Shown piece by piece: positions 1 through 14,778 of a stretch of 64,000 nucleotides of DNA. Below the pieces are notes generated by a model. The model saw only the letters and a list, made by a program, of their open reading frames with translations. It was not told the origin of the DNA and did no database searches. The position numbers and the translations under genes are program-made. Numbering within the stretch: the stretch's first letter is position 1; every line of letters begins with the position of its first letter. Origin of the DNA: Sphaeroforma arctica JP610 (taxonomy: Eukaryota); the NCBI RefSeq assembly GCF_001186125.1, contig NW_014040452.1, positions 14,424 to 78,423 of the forward strand, in the 5' to 3' direction.

Positions 1-488
1 ATATATATTACAATTGCAATTGCGATTCATGTGTGAGACGTGTGAGACGTGTGACACTGAGTCCACGTGTGGACATGTATGTATGAGGGTAAGTTTGGAA
101 TGTGCATATTATACGTAACACATGGTGGCATGTTGTAAACTTAGGGCTTAGTTAATGTAAGCCAAGAGTTTGCATACATAAAACTGAGTTACTATATTTG
201 AGTATGAGAAATTAAGTTAACTTAAAAGTAAACTTTAAAATAGCGTAAAACATATAGATGATGGCGACAGTATTTAGAAGGGATATCATCGTTGAGGGCT
301 CAGCTAGTGTCCATAGGGAAATAACCTGTTGCAGGAGCCATAAGGGCGTGGGCTGGCGTATATAGGCAGAACCTGTGAAGACTGAATGCAGGTTAGTTCC
401 CAATGGACTACAAGTTATATTAAATTGTCACACCCATATACAGTAGCTTACTTTGATGTATACAAACTGTTGGCTTACGTGAACTAAG

Positions 489-527
<39 letters not shown>

Positions 528-690
528 ATATATAGATATAGATATAGATATAGATATATTTTCTGCTGTTAATGTTGTAAAACACGCGCAGCGGCAGAAC
601 GGGCTGGGTTCTCTCTCGGTAACATGAGATCTGCGACTATTTCCCCCTAATCTTATCTATATAGCTGTTATACTCAAACCTTGCGCACAG

Positions 691-3600
691 AGTGGTCGTG
701 GACGGTTCTGCGTTACTGCATCGCTTATTCTTCCAGCCAAGGAGCTCTACGCCAAGCAATTTGTGCGATTATGGGTGTACGCCGGATCTGTTGCACAAGC
801 GGACGATCAAGGTTGTGTCGGCTCTTGTGACGACGAATGCTCAAGTGTACGTGGTCATGGACGGGGTAAGTATTCAAAGGCATTGCGTGTGCGTGTGTGT
901 TTAACAGTTGTACCGTAGTAAGAGTGGTAATACATACACGAAGTCTACTCAATACGTGTGTGCAAAATGGGTATATACTTTTGCAATTAAAGTTGGAGGC
1001 ACCGCCACCATCTGGTATATAGTTTCTGGTTCCACCAATATGTGAAGGACGTATGCAAGCATCGTACTGGTGTATAGGGTACGAATGACGTTGTAGTACT
1101 TCCAGTAAGATGTTTGTACATGCTTGTGTCTATCATGTGAAAGCAGTGTATATCTCATGTTCCAAGCAACCAGAGTTTATCCCGAGGCCGCGAGTAATAT
1201 AAAAGCGGTTTTAACCGTAACCTTGTATATGCTATACCTAATTCTATATCCAGAAGTACCATGCAAGTTCTCGCCCCCAATATAACATTGACTGCATTCG
1301 CTGCAGCGAGTGTACTGATGCAGGTACACCTCGTGGTGCGGTTTAGTTCGGACCCCAATTGCTTTGCGATTCCTTATTGTCAGTATTTGTCATCACAGTG
1401 GTGTCTATTTTGATTTGACTGTTCATTCATTTCAGTCCGTGTTATAGTCTTGAACGATACTCAGTGTGCTTTGGTGATCAATCGATTGTGTACCTGCACT
1501 CTTTAATCAAGTTTGAGTCTATACTGTTTACGTAGTGGCGGAAACTTATCCATCTACTCATGCCTCTCCTATCTGACACTTCACAGATATCCCCCGTGTC
1601 GAAGGCCAAAGAAAGAGTCAAACGGAGCAACCACAAGCTACGGGATACCCTAGCGGTGGCTAACAAGGTGTCTTCGCGTCAAAGAGACGTCAATTTGAGC
1701 GCGTTTGCCAATTGTCGCGTGCTGCCGGTATGGGCCCGGCGAACGTTTGTGCAGACAATACTCTCACACTTTCCCGCCCAAGGACGAGTGTGTCCGTGCT
1801 GTAAAAAGGACGTCAATCCGACAACCAAGCACGACAAAGACACGACGGCAACGCCTGAGGTCAGGGCGTCATCAACAGAAACTCTTGCGCACCCTCAGCC
1901 TAAGTCCAAAGGGGAGAGAAATAAATACACGAAGTCTGCAAAGTCTGACATGAGCACACCTACCACCACCATCAATTGTGCCAGCACAGATACCTATTCA
2001 AAGGCAGATGGAAGGCCACACACCTTGAGGCGTACACACACCCGTGCCCGTGCATGCGGGAACATGCTCAGGTGCGACCAGAGCAGTGTGCGCGTGTACA
2101 TGGCAGACGGTGAAGCTGATGGACTTGTGGCCAGTGTGGCTATTGCGCTTGGCGCCGTAGTGCTCAGCAATGACAGTGACTTCTACATATACCCGGTCAT
2201 CAGTCATGGCTATGTGCCGCTGTCGACTCTGCAGATAGGTACGTTTGTGCTGCTACGCTTTTCATTTCAGTTGTTTATATAGGCACGTTGTATGGAATAT
2301 CTACTTTTCATTGAGCAGCAAGTAAGCCCATAGTGCTTAGCTATAATAGCGCAGCCGTAATAGCGACTTCTACATGTACTTAGTGTTTAGTTATGGTTGC
2401 ATGTCGCTTTCGACTCTGCAGGCAGGTAATTTTGTGTTGTAAGTCTTTGGTTCGTCTCTTACGTGTATAGACATAAGTATACATAAAAATAGCTGCGCTT
2501 TTAATTAGGCCGTTATAGTCGGTTATTATAGCGATATCTACATACACGCCGTGGTTTGTCATAGCAATGTGCCGTGATCGACTCTGCAGATACGTACGTT
2601 TGTGATGCATTTTTTTTTCGTCGGTTCGGTTATTTTATATATACGAGTGATGGGATAGTTTCTTTTCATGTGGGTGAGGTGTTCAGCAACATTAACTTTT
2701 ACATGAACTAGGTGGTCTAGAATAGCTAAGCACCGCTATCGACTCTGCAGAAATGTGATCTCGGCATGTTTTCCGAGGACGTATAATTGGCCAAACGTTT
2801 TATGTGTACTCTTGTATTGAAAGCGACTCAGGCTTGTTGTATTGTTATAGACCTTCGTAATTTCAAACGAACATTTCTGCGATATTGAGTCGAGACAGCA
2901 GTGGCACTTTTCGGGTTCATTTCGAGGTTTGCTTCAACATAATTCGAGGTTGATGGGGTGACTACGTGGTTTATGGTAGTGAAGTTGTTCGTATTGGTTG
3001 CGGCTTCTACTTACATCCATAACTCCTTACTGGCATTGATTGTGTATCTATATTTTATGTTGTTATTGGAGTTAGTAGATGTCACTTTTGGTATATATCC
3101 AATTGAATCATAGTATCGACAAGATGAGTGTTCGTTCTGAAATAGTTGCGTTGTATTGTCATTCTTATGACTCTCTGGCCCAATCAGCTGTAGGATAAGT
3201 ATGGGACATAGACATGAGTTTCAGTATATGCGCCTGCCCATCAGGCTACACCTCAGGGCTGCACTATAGATGACAGTTCCGCTAAATAGCATATGCGTAT
3301 CCTCGCCTAGTTTATTCACGTATACACACTTAAAACAAGTATATACCTGGTAACTAGTATGCTTGTATATATATATATATGTATATCGTTAAACAGCTAG
3401 TGACACTGATGGTAAGGTGCATGTCACCGGAGTTCAGTACTTTCCGCAAACGCTGGCGAAGCATCTTGGACTGGACTTGTCCGATCTCCCGCTTCTCGCA
3501 AGTATGTATTAGTCTATACCCAAAGGGGTATGTGCATGCGTGTTCTATGTATTTCTATGTATTTGAGTGCATGCCCATGCTGTGTGCAGATACTCGTATC

Positions 3601-6600
3601 TCATGAAGATAAATCTGGACTGTCGAACATTCAGTATAGAGTATTTGCATAGCCGTGACACTATCAGAAATTTTAGGACGGAGTTCCCTATTCAGGAGTA
3701 TTCTACCCGCACTCGATGTTTCGGATGTGGTATTTGCGTGAAAGAATACATATATATGTATATAATACATATGCACTTGTTTGTACTTAGGCATTTGTAT
3801 TTGCTATTATGGGTCATGTTTTTGGTTCCACTTAAATAATAATTTTTTTCAGTATTATATGAACCATCGATTAGATACTGGGGTTCCAAATAATTGTTTC
3901 TTTCTTTCGATTCTGGCTATTTGAGTCACATTACGTTTTCATGTCCTACTGTACAATTGTTTGTTTTAGAGCGCACTCCTTAGTCTCGGCAGTCTTGCTG
4001 TTGCAGAATCTGAGGATTGCTGCGTACCTGAATAGCACATAAATATGCATATATATGCGCGTACGCGTGCACTTACATCCCATGCGAATTCGTACCTATA
4101 TGTTTTTACATACCCGTTTACTCACACCAGCAGCTGCTTGGAAGTATATGCCCCTAACATTCTACCTACCTCGCCTGGTGCAGCGCTATGTGGGACAGAC
4201 TATGTGGATGACGATATCTCGGACGAGATGCATGACCACATTGTCAAGCTGTATCCGTGCACAGGCCGTTCCACGAGGCTAGGCAAGGTCATCGGGAGTG
4301 TAGCGACATTCATACTGTCCTGCGGTCAAGCCAATGTCGGTCTCCATGCTGACGGAGAAGTAGACGGAAATAAGGATCAAAGTAGGGTTTTAGATATGAA
4401 AAGTACGAATGTAAAAGATTCGGAGGTCAGTGACTCGGCACGTGATATAGTGGTTCAAGTTGCATTGGCCCTACTGAGTGTGGGGGTGCGAGAGCGGGCG
4501 TCGAGAAATTACACAGCATCTCTGAACGAATACAATTTACCCGCACATCTGCCATATGAAGCTGTAGTGGAGTCGCCTACATGTGCGCAAACCAAGTCTT
4601 CGTTGAGGCTCAACATTGTGCCAATAGATACGTCACCACACCAGGCGGTTGAAAAAGGTACTAGGTCAAAGCAGGCGCAGGACATGTTCTGCATTGCATG
4701 TGGCACTTCGGGGGTAGCACAGAACGGACTCAAACATACAACTAGCTGCTCGAGCATCTCGGAAGGGCTCCATGAAACTCGCATACAGAGCTCAGAGCTC
4801 AGCAATCGCAAAGAGCGTGTAGGCCCCATGTCGCGAACTACAACCCCTCCTGTGCCTACCACCATTGCCGTCTCGTCGACTGCGGCGGCTTGGGTGAAGC
4901 GATTGAAAGACAATCTGGGAGACGAGGCTAGCCGGGTATTAGAGCACAAAGGAGCGTATGAGAGCAATGCACAAGTGTGCACGGATGTGGAGATGGATGT
5001 GAAAGGGAGACTAAGCGTGCGACAGATAGTGTCAAAGTCGGGCACAAAGGAGAAGCATACGGCACACGACGAGATAGACGATATCTTCAATGTCCGTATG
5101 GGGTCTAGTAGCAGATCACAGAGAGGTGTTCCGGGTGCGGCTATATCCGGTGCGTCTGAAGACACTGAACGCACAACTGATAGCAACAAACCAGTTGTGT
5201 GCACTCGTGATGAAGGACACGGATTGTTCCTTGGGAACGAGGGTATGTGCACGTGTAATGGTGTGTGCTGCGGAAGTGTCGAGTGTGATACAGTGGAGTC
5301 CCTCATGCACTCGCTGGCTATCACTGATGACAGCGAGGAAGTGCCGCAGAAAACATCACATCTGAGCGCTACGCCTGCGATCGCTGGTAGTAAGCCCAAC
5401 GAGAAGCATATAGTATCGCCGGTACATTCACCTTCACAGTCACATGCGATATCCGGTACAACTTCGCAGTGTGAGGAAAACGGTACCATGGCAACCGATG
5501 CTATAGGTGACGAGTCCCAGATCTACTCAGTGCTACACCTGCTGCCGCGCAGTATGCGAGGGTTGGTGCGGCACGCACGGGTGAACGCGTGGGCGGTCGA
5601 AACGCTGATCTTGGGTGAGTTGATACGTAAATGTGATTGCTATTACGCATGTGTAACCGTGATAGATCACCTGTAAAGAGTGATGCCTTGTTGTCACAAA
5701 TGACCAAAAGGTTCTTTGTGCGCATTGTTACTACGTTGAAGGGAGTTCAGTTCCCACGTCTGAACATGGCTTATATGACCCAGTCTCGCTCACGGGGCCA
5801 TGGAGTCCATGCCGAAATATTGTACTGTAACAATGTTAGTTGGTGGCTATTATGGTGCGGGAGAGCATCATATAGTTTAGGTTTCATGTTTCTCACAAGA
5901 CTGTAAGAGCTACGTACGTTCTGTATATGATCTGATACCAAAAAGTTAATTTTTTACCTTGAAATTGGATCCAGGATTGCCTTTTTGGCCCCCAATTGGA
6001 GTTGAGAATCCGACTCGATCGTCTGCGTGGGAATGCACTCGTGAGCCTAGAAGTGCTTGGTTTCGGGTACTGAAAGGATTCATACCTAGCATCCAAAGTG
6101 AGAACAATAAGCTGAAAGAGCGGGAAGGCACTACTGTGCAGGTCCCATCGGAGAAAGCATCAAGTCCTTTTCAACAATCAATTGTGTATGCGTGCGATGA
6201 GAAGAACTCAATTGCACCACCAGAATGGTGTACAAAATTACAAAATTCTGATATACCGTCGATTGTGTACGAGTACACGCGCCACAAGTCGTCCATGCGG
6301 TGGGCGCGCATTTCTATTGCAACTGGACAACCATGTGAAGCGCAAGAGACCGACGATGGTATGAATACAGAGTCTAATGTGAACAATGACACACACCCGC
6401 ACACGCACATGCTCACGGACAAGCAAGCGACCATGACCATAGCGGAGGAAGCCAAGAATGCGGTTAGAACGGTGGAGTGTGTGTCGTCGGTAATGAGCGG
6501 TGCCTTGGAGATTGTGCACACACGATCGCAGGCAACTCGTGTGCGTCTGTTAATGAAGATTCTAAGCGTGGAGAAAAAAGCAGAGAGTCTTCTGAGCGAG

Positions 6601-7665
6601 TTGGCATACATACACAGCCATGATAGTAATGCAGATGAAGCAGGTTTGGGAAGGTTGAGCGCGAGTGATAAGCCGTCTGTATCCAAGAATGGCCTAAAAA
6701 ATGCATCCTCCCATGAGCGGCAACAAGAGCACAGTCAGACACTTGCTAATTCGAATGCGAAGAGTGCACCGCGTGAGATCTGTCCTGATACAGTCTATGA
6801 TAGGGTACATAGAGACGGCGATGGGCCTGGGGATTTCGGTGTTTTTGAAGGGCAGGGGATATGTATACTAGCACTACTGTCGCTAATTGCACACAGTGAT
6901 GTGGACGTGAGCTTCTGGCAGGCGCGTGCGTTGTTAAGTGCGAGTTACTGCACCCACGTGCATGCGCAGGAAACAGTAAGCGCTACCACGGCCACGAACA
7001 ACCAAACACAGTCCCGCAAGGAGAGGAGAAAAGGATCAGGTAGTGCTAAGATTCCGAACATCCCAAGACCGGAGATTGACCTCATACACTTGCACACACA
7101 GTTTCTGAACATGCTGTCGTTGGCGGTCGATATGGGTGCGTTGCTACAAACGGGACTTGTTGTACCGGTGCTGCACAACGTGGGGATTGCGTCGCTTCCT
7201 AATACCATCTGGCATCTGCAGCAGAGTAAGGCACGACATATCAAGTCAACGAAGAAGAAGGCTAAGCTTTCGATGGCGGCTACTGCCGAATCAATAGGTG
7301 TTTCGAGCACTAATCACCAAGACAATAGTCTGGAAGGGTATGCGAAGCATCCTAATTCTAGCTTATCTCAGCGATTTGCCGCACTGGAAACCCACACGGC
7401 CAGCCGTTCCAGCAACGAAGCGGATGACCGGCCTTCGAGTGATGATTGGTTGCGACTAGGTCTAAACAGATGTGACTTGCAGGTGGCTGGACAACCAAGA
7501 AACATGCATGTGTCGGTGGGAAAACGCACACATACTGGCGCAGAAATGTATGGGGTTAGCGATGAGTTGCTGAGACCTCTGTGTATTGAATGTCGAGCTG
7601 ATGCGAAATTAGAGGCCAGTGTGAGAACTGCTTTGTTATATCTTGTGTCAATTTGTACACAATAA
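691..7665 (+). CDS. Asteroid/ASTE1-like XPG/PIN-domain nuclease family protein, multi-exon, 5' end upstream of window
   Basis: Approximate exons: 691-865 (VVVDGSALLHRL..YVVMDG|gtaag), ~1588-2238 (MADGEADGLVASVA..VLSNDSDFYIY..GYVPL), ~3397-3501 (LAKHLGLDLSDLPLLA), ~4184-5614 (ALCGTDY...) and ~5975-7665 (PIGVENPTRSSAWE..R). These are the PIN/XPG acidic motifs in asteroid-family order, with long low-complexity insertions. Confidence 0.8.
2200..2760 (+). repeat. Degenerate tandem copies (~160-190 bp unit) of an exon 3' end and splice donor
   Basis: TCGACTCTGCAG at 2223, 2410, 2578 and 2739, with similar flanks in the first three copies (e.g. GTCATGGCTATGTGCCG vs GTCATAGCAATGTGCCG upstream; GTACGTTTGTG downstream of copies 1 and 3). 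Confidence 0.75.
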
Positions 7666-8354
7666 ATTATAGTCCTTTCATCCGATAGAATACTGTGATA
7701 TTGCATTTCACACAATTGAATGCTTCTCCTTGCATGAGCACAAACTCGACTAGTACCACACGATTTGTGATTACAATGGAAGGTACACGGGTTTCGAGAC
7801 TGTTAAAAATGTTCGCTGTGAACTCTGGTCTGCATTCATGGGAGATGGAGTACCAAAGAAACGAGGTCTCTCATGTTACGTCAAAACGGACAACTATTAC
7901 ATTGGCGAATACAAGTATCCTTAGAACAAGCACTCATATACTATAAAGCCCTGGAAAGAGTCTTACTAAGACGAGACTAAGAACTAATTCTACACTTTCG
8001 AACACTGATCAAGTTCTCACGAGTTCTATACAATGAACTCTGCTACCATGTTGTCATCGCTACCATTTGGTATCGGAGCACACTACTCTGTGACAAAATA
8101 ATCTGAAATAAACACCTTGACCTACCTCACAAGAAATTCGCTGCCATGATAAACGCCTTTACGATTTGACTATTTAGTTGTATGCTCCTATTTGTACAAA
8201 TCGTCAATATTTATTTTTAGCATGTATTGAAATCTGCTCGCGCTATTCATAATTCCATATAGTAGTGCTTTAAACTAGATGTGCATTAATCTGTGAAGGC
8301 GTTGCTACAGCGTCCTTGAGTCTACGTCATGCCATGGAGTCTAAGTAACTATTC

Positions 8355-8492
8355 AGTGGGGAGGCACAGAATAACTGACAAGATTTGTGAAATTATAGCG
8401 TCCGTATTGTTTTACAAAGTCGAATTGCTTTATCGGTGGGGAGACAGGACCTTGACTGACAAATTTGTGAAAATATAGCGTACGTATTGTTT
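8355..8492. repeat. Short imperfect direct duplication (~55 bp, 2 copies)
   Basis: GTGGGG..ACTGACAA(G)ATTTGTGAAA.TATAGCGT.CGTATTGTTTT at ~8356 and ~8436. Confidence 0.7.
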
Positions 8493-10355
8493 TGAAACCA
8501 TGCGGAAAACAGATAAAGTCCAGGTGGCGGCACAGTGCAACACTACATAATGCTTTAACAGTGTACAGTTGTCACTCTCTAACCTCTCTAAACGTTTAGA
8601 TGCTTTAATATAGAAGTTGACTTTTCAATGTTTAACGGATTATTCTTTAGCGTTATAACGTATTTTAGAATAATTTGACCTGTATATTGTGACCTGAATA
8701 GTGCACCTATTCTAACAATTTTGGTCTCGATATTTGATATCAAAATGTGTTGTCAGGACAAAAGTCTTGGATGTGTTTGCCTATTGCCAGACCTGCAATT
8801 TGGCCCCACTAAAATAAATGGGACACTCAAATGGAAGTATAAGTTTAATTGCCGATGTTTAGCGGATCATTTGTTTGCGTTGCAACTTACAACGATAAAT
8901 ATGACCTAGAAGATACGCCCAAAAGAACCCTTTGGCTTTTTTAAATCCACTCTGGCCTCACCTCATAGCGCCCCATGGTGAATTGTTGACTGGATATATT
9001 GTTTTGAATTCTAAATCTGTTTTAAACCAGAACACGTATGTGAATAAGGCGTAAATACTAAATACTAAACAAGAGTGTGCCTAAAAACCAATCCTACACT
9101 TCCGAGCACTAGTCCAGTCTTCGTGAGTTTGATACAATGAGCCCAAGTATCATATTCACGCGGGGAAGTGAATATAATAAATATCTACCTCACAATACTA
9201 TTGTTTAAACACAATTTCGATTGGTGCGAAGTTGGCCGTCGTAAAAGCCTTAGACTTGACTGTCGAGCTACATGCTCTTCCTAGTAGAAATCCGATGTAA
9301 AACAGGGTCAATAAATTACATTTATACTTCTCTACATTGAACGGTGAGGTCGGCCACCATCGCCAACAAGAGCTTGCATTCAAACAACACTCGTATGTGC
9401 TCAAAATAGCGTCTCTGATCATTATCGATGTAATATGTATCAAAGTGCAGAAAAATGTGTAGTAGCCTGTTCATACCCGAGGTACGGACTGTTATACCAG
9501 GAAGAGGAACCAGAGGTCGGAGCAGTGTACCAGTGTAGACGACTCTACGGTATGGATCCCACTTATGGAGTCAAATGTAGTATAACGTATAGTTGTAGGT
9601 ACTGTGAACTGATACACGGATAAGGATCAATCCCACTGTTATGAATAGCATGTGTCGCAACGCTTCCTAGCAGAAAATAGCGAAGTCAGCCGCGCAGCCA
9701 TGTCATATGTGTACCACTGCCCTCAGATATGTCGGACAATCTGAGTCGGGCTCAGATGCTTCTGACATACCATCATTGTTCTTGGAAATTGCTGCACCTA
9801 TGTTCATAGCAGTCGTACTCCTTGAAACTGTAGCTCGTAAGTCGTACATATCTACACACATTCACGCTCTCCAATCCGCTGGATGCTCACATCAATCGCC
9901 GCAATCTGAAATTACTTTGCGCAGATGTAGCTCCATCGCATCCTCTTACACGCATCTGATTCCAAAGCCATCACCCACTCGCTAGCTCGGTATACGAAAT
10001 ACGTCATTTGACACCGTAAAATAAATCCATTTGACACGCATCCTCTTGCAGGCATCTGATACCGATGATAATCAACCGCGCCGTACGCCTACATCGGGGT
10101 GTATGCATGCACATATTCTTTCCAGAGAAACGCGACCAAGTAATCCCTGCCCCTCACCCCCCGGCTATCTGGGTAGTATGATTCCTGCTCTGTTCAGATC
10201 AATATCCCGACCATCCAGTGGGATGGTACTTTTGTGTCACCGCCTGGTTAATTGATGTATATGCCACCCTTAATATCTGGTGAATAGTACAAATTTTGCA
10301 ATAACTCTTCCACCTACTACTTTTGAATTCCTGGGGCTCTGCACTAAATCCACAC

Positions 10356-13082
10356 TTACCACTGCCAATCACTCGCTCGCACCCATGGGCCCGGGAACTC
10401 GATGGGCATTCTTTCCATCACTAACGCCACTTTGGCTGCGGATAACACCATCACATGACGACCCATATCCACATATCCCTCGCCGAGTATAGGTTTACGT
10501 TTATCGTCCTCCGAGTGTTCTATACCATACCTGTAACTGAGGCCAGCTTCCTTCTCGAAGAGCACATCTTCTACATTTATGTACTCCCATTTGGCTCGCT
10601 TCTTGCCCTTCGGTTGTGCAATCTTATTGCCGTTTCCATCCTCTTCAGCGGATTGGCGTTGAGTTTTTGCCATGAAAAGATAATTATCGAACTTAAACGG
10701 CTCGCCCTGTGAGGATTATATTTTCACGGATAAGATACCAAGCATGATGAGTACGTACGTGTGAACGATATGTGCAAGTAAGAATTCAATCAATAAGTCG
10801 CCAGCAATATAATATACTTACACAAATGTGAACGATACGTGCAAGTAAGAATTTAATCAATAAGTCACCAGCAATATAATCTACCTACACAACAAGCACT
10901 TCAGTACAGTACACATACATCATGTGCCGCCGAGTCGACCTCATCAAACAAAGCCGTGTACATCGGACTGGCCAGCTGAGCGGGTATGTTGATAAATCTC
11001 TCGTGAACAATTAGACCTAGACCTTGGCTGGTATCGGTGAAAAGGGCTTGCATCTTCTTTCTTTGGGTATCATCCGGACACTTCTTCAGCATGTACTTCT
11101 TGAGTTCCTGGATACTCGCTTTCTCCTGATAAGTAATCAACATGACATAGGGTTTACATAAAGCGAACACGGACTAATCCTTAATTGCTCGCGTTCAAAT
11201 GCCTATTGTGGTCTGAAACTGAGCGAATATTGCTGTTGTCCTAAGCCACTTGGCAGGCATACGCATCATATATTCTCAGTAAGCAATTCTCACACTTCCA
11301 AAATTCAGCCCAAAGTAAACACGAGCCGATACTTTCAGTACAATAGTATTCCACTTCAAACAGTAGACAGCTCTCACTTGCATACCAAACACTTAGGCCA
11401 AAAATTCACTCGTTTCACTTACGCTGTGCAGATGGATATTGATGACTGAGATGATACCATAAACCCCCTCAGAGTCTGCAATTGTAATTGTGCTGCCTAC
11501 ATCCTCCCATTGGGATACAATTATATCGGCCAGCTCGGAGAGGTGAACATTCATATCCTGCAAAATATATTTGAAGTGTTTCAAGAAAGGAGTGTTCAGA
11601 ATTGCTTTTTTTTGGAATGGAATATAGAGGATATAGCTTTTTACGAGAATAAAACACAAACATTGAACATTTGATACGAAATTGGAAATAACACAAGTAA
11701 CGAACAAAAAGAACGAATTCCTAATCCATCGCTACTTGAAAAGAATCAATCTCGCTATACTGCCTATCAACAGGCAATGACCATATCTACGATTGCCACG
11801 TGGATACAAATCTACTTAGTTGTAATACATGTCAGCATAAACAAAGCTGACATCTTGCAATACTAGTGCAATTCCCTGCTAACGAACCGCGAATTGAATT
11901 GACAATGTGTATATTTAGTGCACATGATACAAATGTTGCAACGTAATGCAAATACATCATACAAATCGAACGTACCATACTGGAAGTATGCTAACATTTG
12001 AATAATAAATATCGGGAGAAGCGAGTACAATATGAATCAAGCGGGCACATAGAAACGCCCGCATTAGTCGAGTAAGAACCGTACACTATAAAACGAAGGA
12101 AAAAAACACAAAATCACATGTTACAAGTCATCGACATATATTCAGTGCACTCAGCAGAATAAAGAGACAAGACTACGAAAATACATACTTCCGAAACGAG
12201 CGTACAGCAGTTAGACACTCATATATATGCCGCAACTCGTTGTATACAGAATTTCTACGAGCTATTAGTGGATGCTACCCACTCAATCCCTACAAATGTA
12301 CACGATAATACGCGGGAATGTACATTTTGAAAACGCCCTAAACGTTTTATGATGAACATACACATACGCGACGCAAGAGACCTGGCTGATAGGCGTACTC
12401 CCACAAACGCAGACTCGTAAAAGTTATACTCAAACACGCATTAAGTACATGTGGTTTAACAATGATACCTATAGTAGAGCTGGGATATACGACGTATCAA
12501 CAGTTGTGGTAGGAGAAAATACGCCTAATGATAATTTCAATTACAGTGAAGCACACAGGGATGAAATTGTGAACACACGCGGATAAGCATTCGATTTCAG
12601 TTGCTTCCTGACGATTCACGCATACACAAAAACGGCGACTAGTTAATACGTGTCAAATAAGCCCACGCATATACTTAACCTTAATAACGGTAGCCGAATC
12701 GATACACACATAGCCAAGTTATCTCACATACCCTCCAAAACAGCTGTTTCAGCAGATTCTTGATACCGTGGAAATCCTGTTCCTTAATTGAGTTAACCTC
12801 GAAGTTGAAATCCATCACCTCTGTGCCCTCCGGCAGGTCTTCAATGGGCTGCACATAAGCCTTCTCTTTGCCTTTCCCCTTCGCCCCACCTTCCATGGCT
12901 TGCTTCTTACTACTGCTACTGTGTGTGTTGCCTGCAGTACTGGGGGGATCCTTGCGCTTCCTTGCACCGGTGTGCGACGCACTACTACTGCTATGCGATG
13001 GCATGTCGGGTTCTGAGTCGCTGCCACCGTCGGCCGCTTCAACTTTCCCCGCATTCTGCGTAGCTTTACTAGCGTTCGCCAT
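10356..13082 (-). CDS. BCP1: BCP1/BCCIP family protein (p21-binding, 60S export/chaperone), 4 exons
   Basis: Exons ~13082-12732 (MDFNFEV..EQDFHGIKNLLKQLF), ~11558-11421 (LSELADIIVSQ..VGSTI..VYGIISVINI), ~11126-10921 (GLGLIVHERFINIPAQLASPMY) and ~10707-10356 (FKFDNYLF..YINVEDVLF). The stop at 10356 overlaps a possible gtaagt donor, so the exact 3' end is uncertain. Confidence 0.9.
10760..10892. repeat. Tandem duplication of a ~67 bp unit in a BCP1 intron
   Basis: GTGAACGATAYGTGCAAGTAAGAATTYAATCAATAAGTCRCCAGCAATATAAT occurs twice, adjacent. Confidence 0.85.
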
Positions 13083-13619
13083 GGTGTATACCTCTTGAAT
13101 ATACTTGAACTGGTTACAAGCAGTACTCGTTTAACTGCCGCTGGGTCCAACACTACACAATATAATGTTGGAATTCAACAGTCTGAAGGCGTGCCAATAT
13201 TTTTACACATGGGTTCTACACAACTCTCATTCCGTTTTTTGTTAGAACGTAGTAAACGTTTAAGCTCAACTTTTACTTTGGTGTGGCCCTGTATGTTTGA
13301 TGAGGGTGCAATATTCTATAAACACCTATGGACTGATTTTACTTTTTTTTGAATATCCCGTTTGATTTCATATAGTAAATACAGCCCAAATAGGTGATTC
13401 AAAAAAAAAATAGAGGCGAAAATAGACCCTTTTTTCTCCACATAAGGGGGCCGAGCTTTTTTTTTAAAACTGATATGACATTTGACAATGTGAATGAGGG
13501 CAAATTTTTATTTAGGCGGGATTCTCCCACACGTTTTAAATTCTAGAGATCCTTATCAGTTGGATCATCAGGACGAACGACTCCGGCAAAGTGTGCAAAC
13601 GACAATTGCTATATGTAAA

Positions 13620-13843
13620 CTAAGCTGGATGTTGTATCACATGTACTAAGACCAGTGTACAAAGTCTGGACCAGCAGTCAGCTGTCTAATTATATATGGT
13701 TCTGATTATTACAGGAGGGCAATAGCGGAGTACCATGTGTGTAATATGTCCAAAACTATACCATCAGTCCTGCCTAGTTCAGTCGGTGCAGAGCAGCGAT
13801 GGTCCTATGAGTCCAGGTCCTAATGCACTATATATTGCTACTG
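13620..13843 (+). repeat. 5' LTR-like copy (eroded ends)
   Basis: Aligns by eye to 22197-22405 with about 31 mismatches over ~200 aligned bases plus small gaps (~85%). Terminal TG/CA not preserved. Confidence 0.8.
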
Positions 13844-14778
13844 TAGTTAACCCCCCTCCTCCTCCTACTCCTCTTCCTCCTGCCCTCCCTGCCTCCCCTC
13901 ATCAGCTTCTGAAAAGGAGCGTGCCTCATCAACAAGCGTAAATATGAAAGATCACACATGACCTGTTTTGTGCAGATCCTATTCTAGTGATACACCAATA
14001 CATCGTGATGCACCAATACACGTTCCAAAATAATGCTTCTTATCGCCTGCGTTCCGTGGCCTTATCATCGGATGTCGTTTAGTACGGCCAATACATTGAT
14101 ACCTTTAACCTGCACTCGATACTCATTAATAAAGATAGCTGGCCCTACCAATTTTATCAACTTATGCACAGAGACTATCATAGGTGCATAGTATATCTCG
14201 TGCCAAATCTGGATCGTTGGTGCATCAATTCGGTACTTTGCTGATTTTTTCTTTTGCTACTACAGTAGCTGCTCATTGCGTACTGATCATTTCTGCTGCA
14301 TAGATACCGTGGGTTTGGCGCTCCAAGGGCTTTGCCGAGAATGGCTTTAACAGTTACATCCGTGTGATGGGAATAGATTACATAACCCCCGACTCAAGGG
14401 TATAGAAATTGTTATCAACTACAATCGAGTGTGTTTATTTATAGTTGGCAACAGAGCCTGGCACCATCTCCCACTACTAGTGGTGTAGGTAAGCACTAAG
14501 TGATTTTTTTGTAATGTCTTGGTAGCACGTACCAATACTTTCATCCTGTCATTATGCTTTTGCGAAGACACTGGGTGAATGTAGGTATCAAGTAGATCAA
14601 AGATGAATATACTGAATTTATCCATCACGTATGTTTGTGTATGTAGACCGTGGAAGGATATGTGTGTTACAGACAGTGACTGCGCGAAAGCTTGAGGTGT
14701 AAATAGACATATAGTTTTTGGTGTTTAACTGAATACTACGGGAATCGAGGTTTACTTTTTCGTCTATAGCTGTAGGCC

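Noticed and set aside
4509..7715. Minus-strand ORFs up to 326 aa
   Set aside because: Antisense shadows of the large asteroid-like exons; no independent motifs.
14306..14320. TGGCGCTCCAAGGGC as the Gypsy PBS
   Set aside because: It lies ~460 bp from the recognisable LTR copy and is not preceded by an LTR-terminal CA; cannot be supported.
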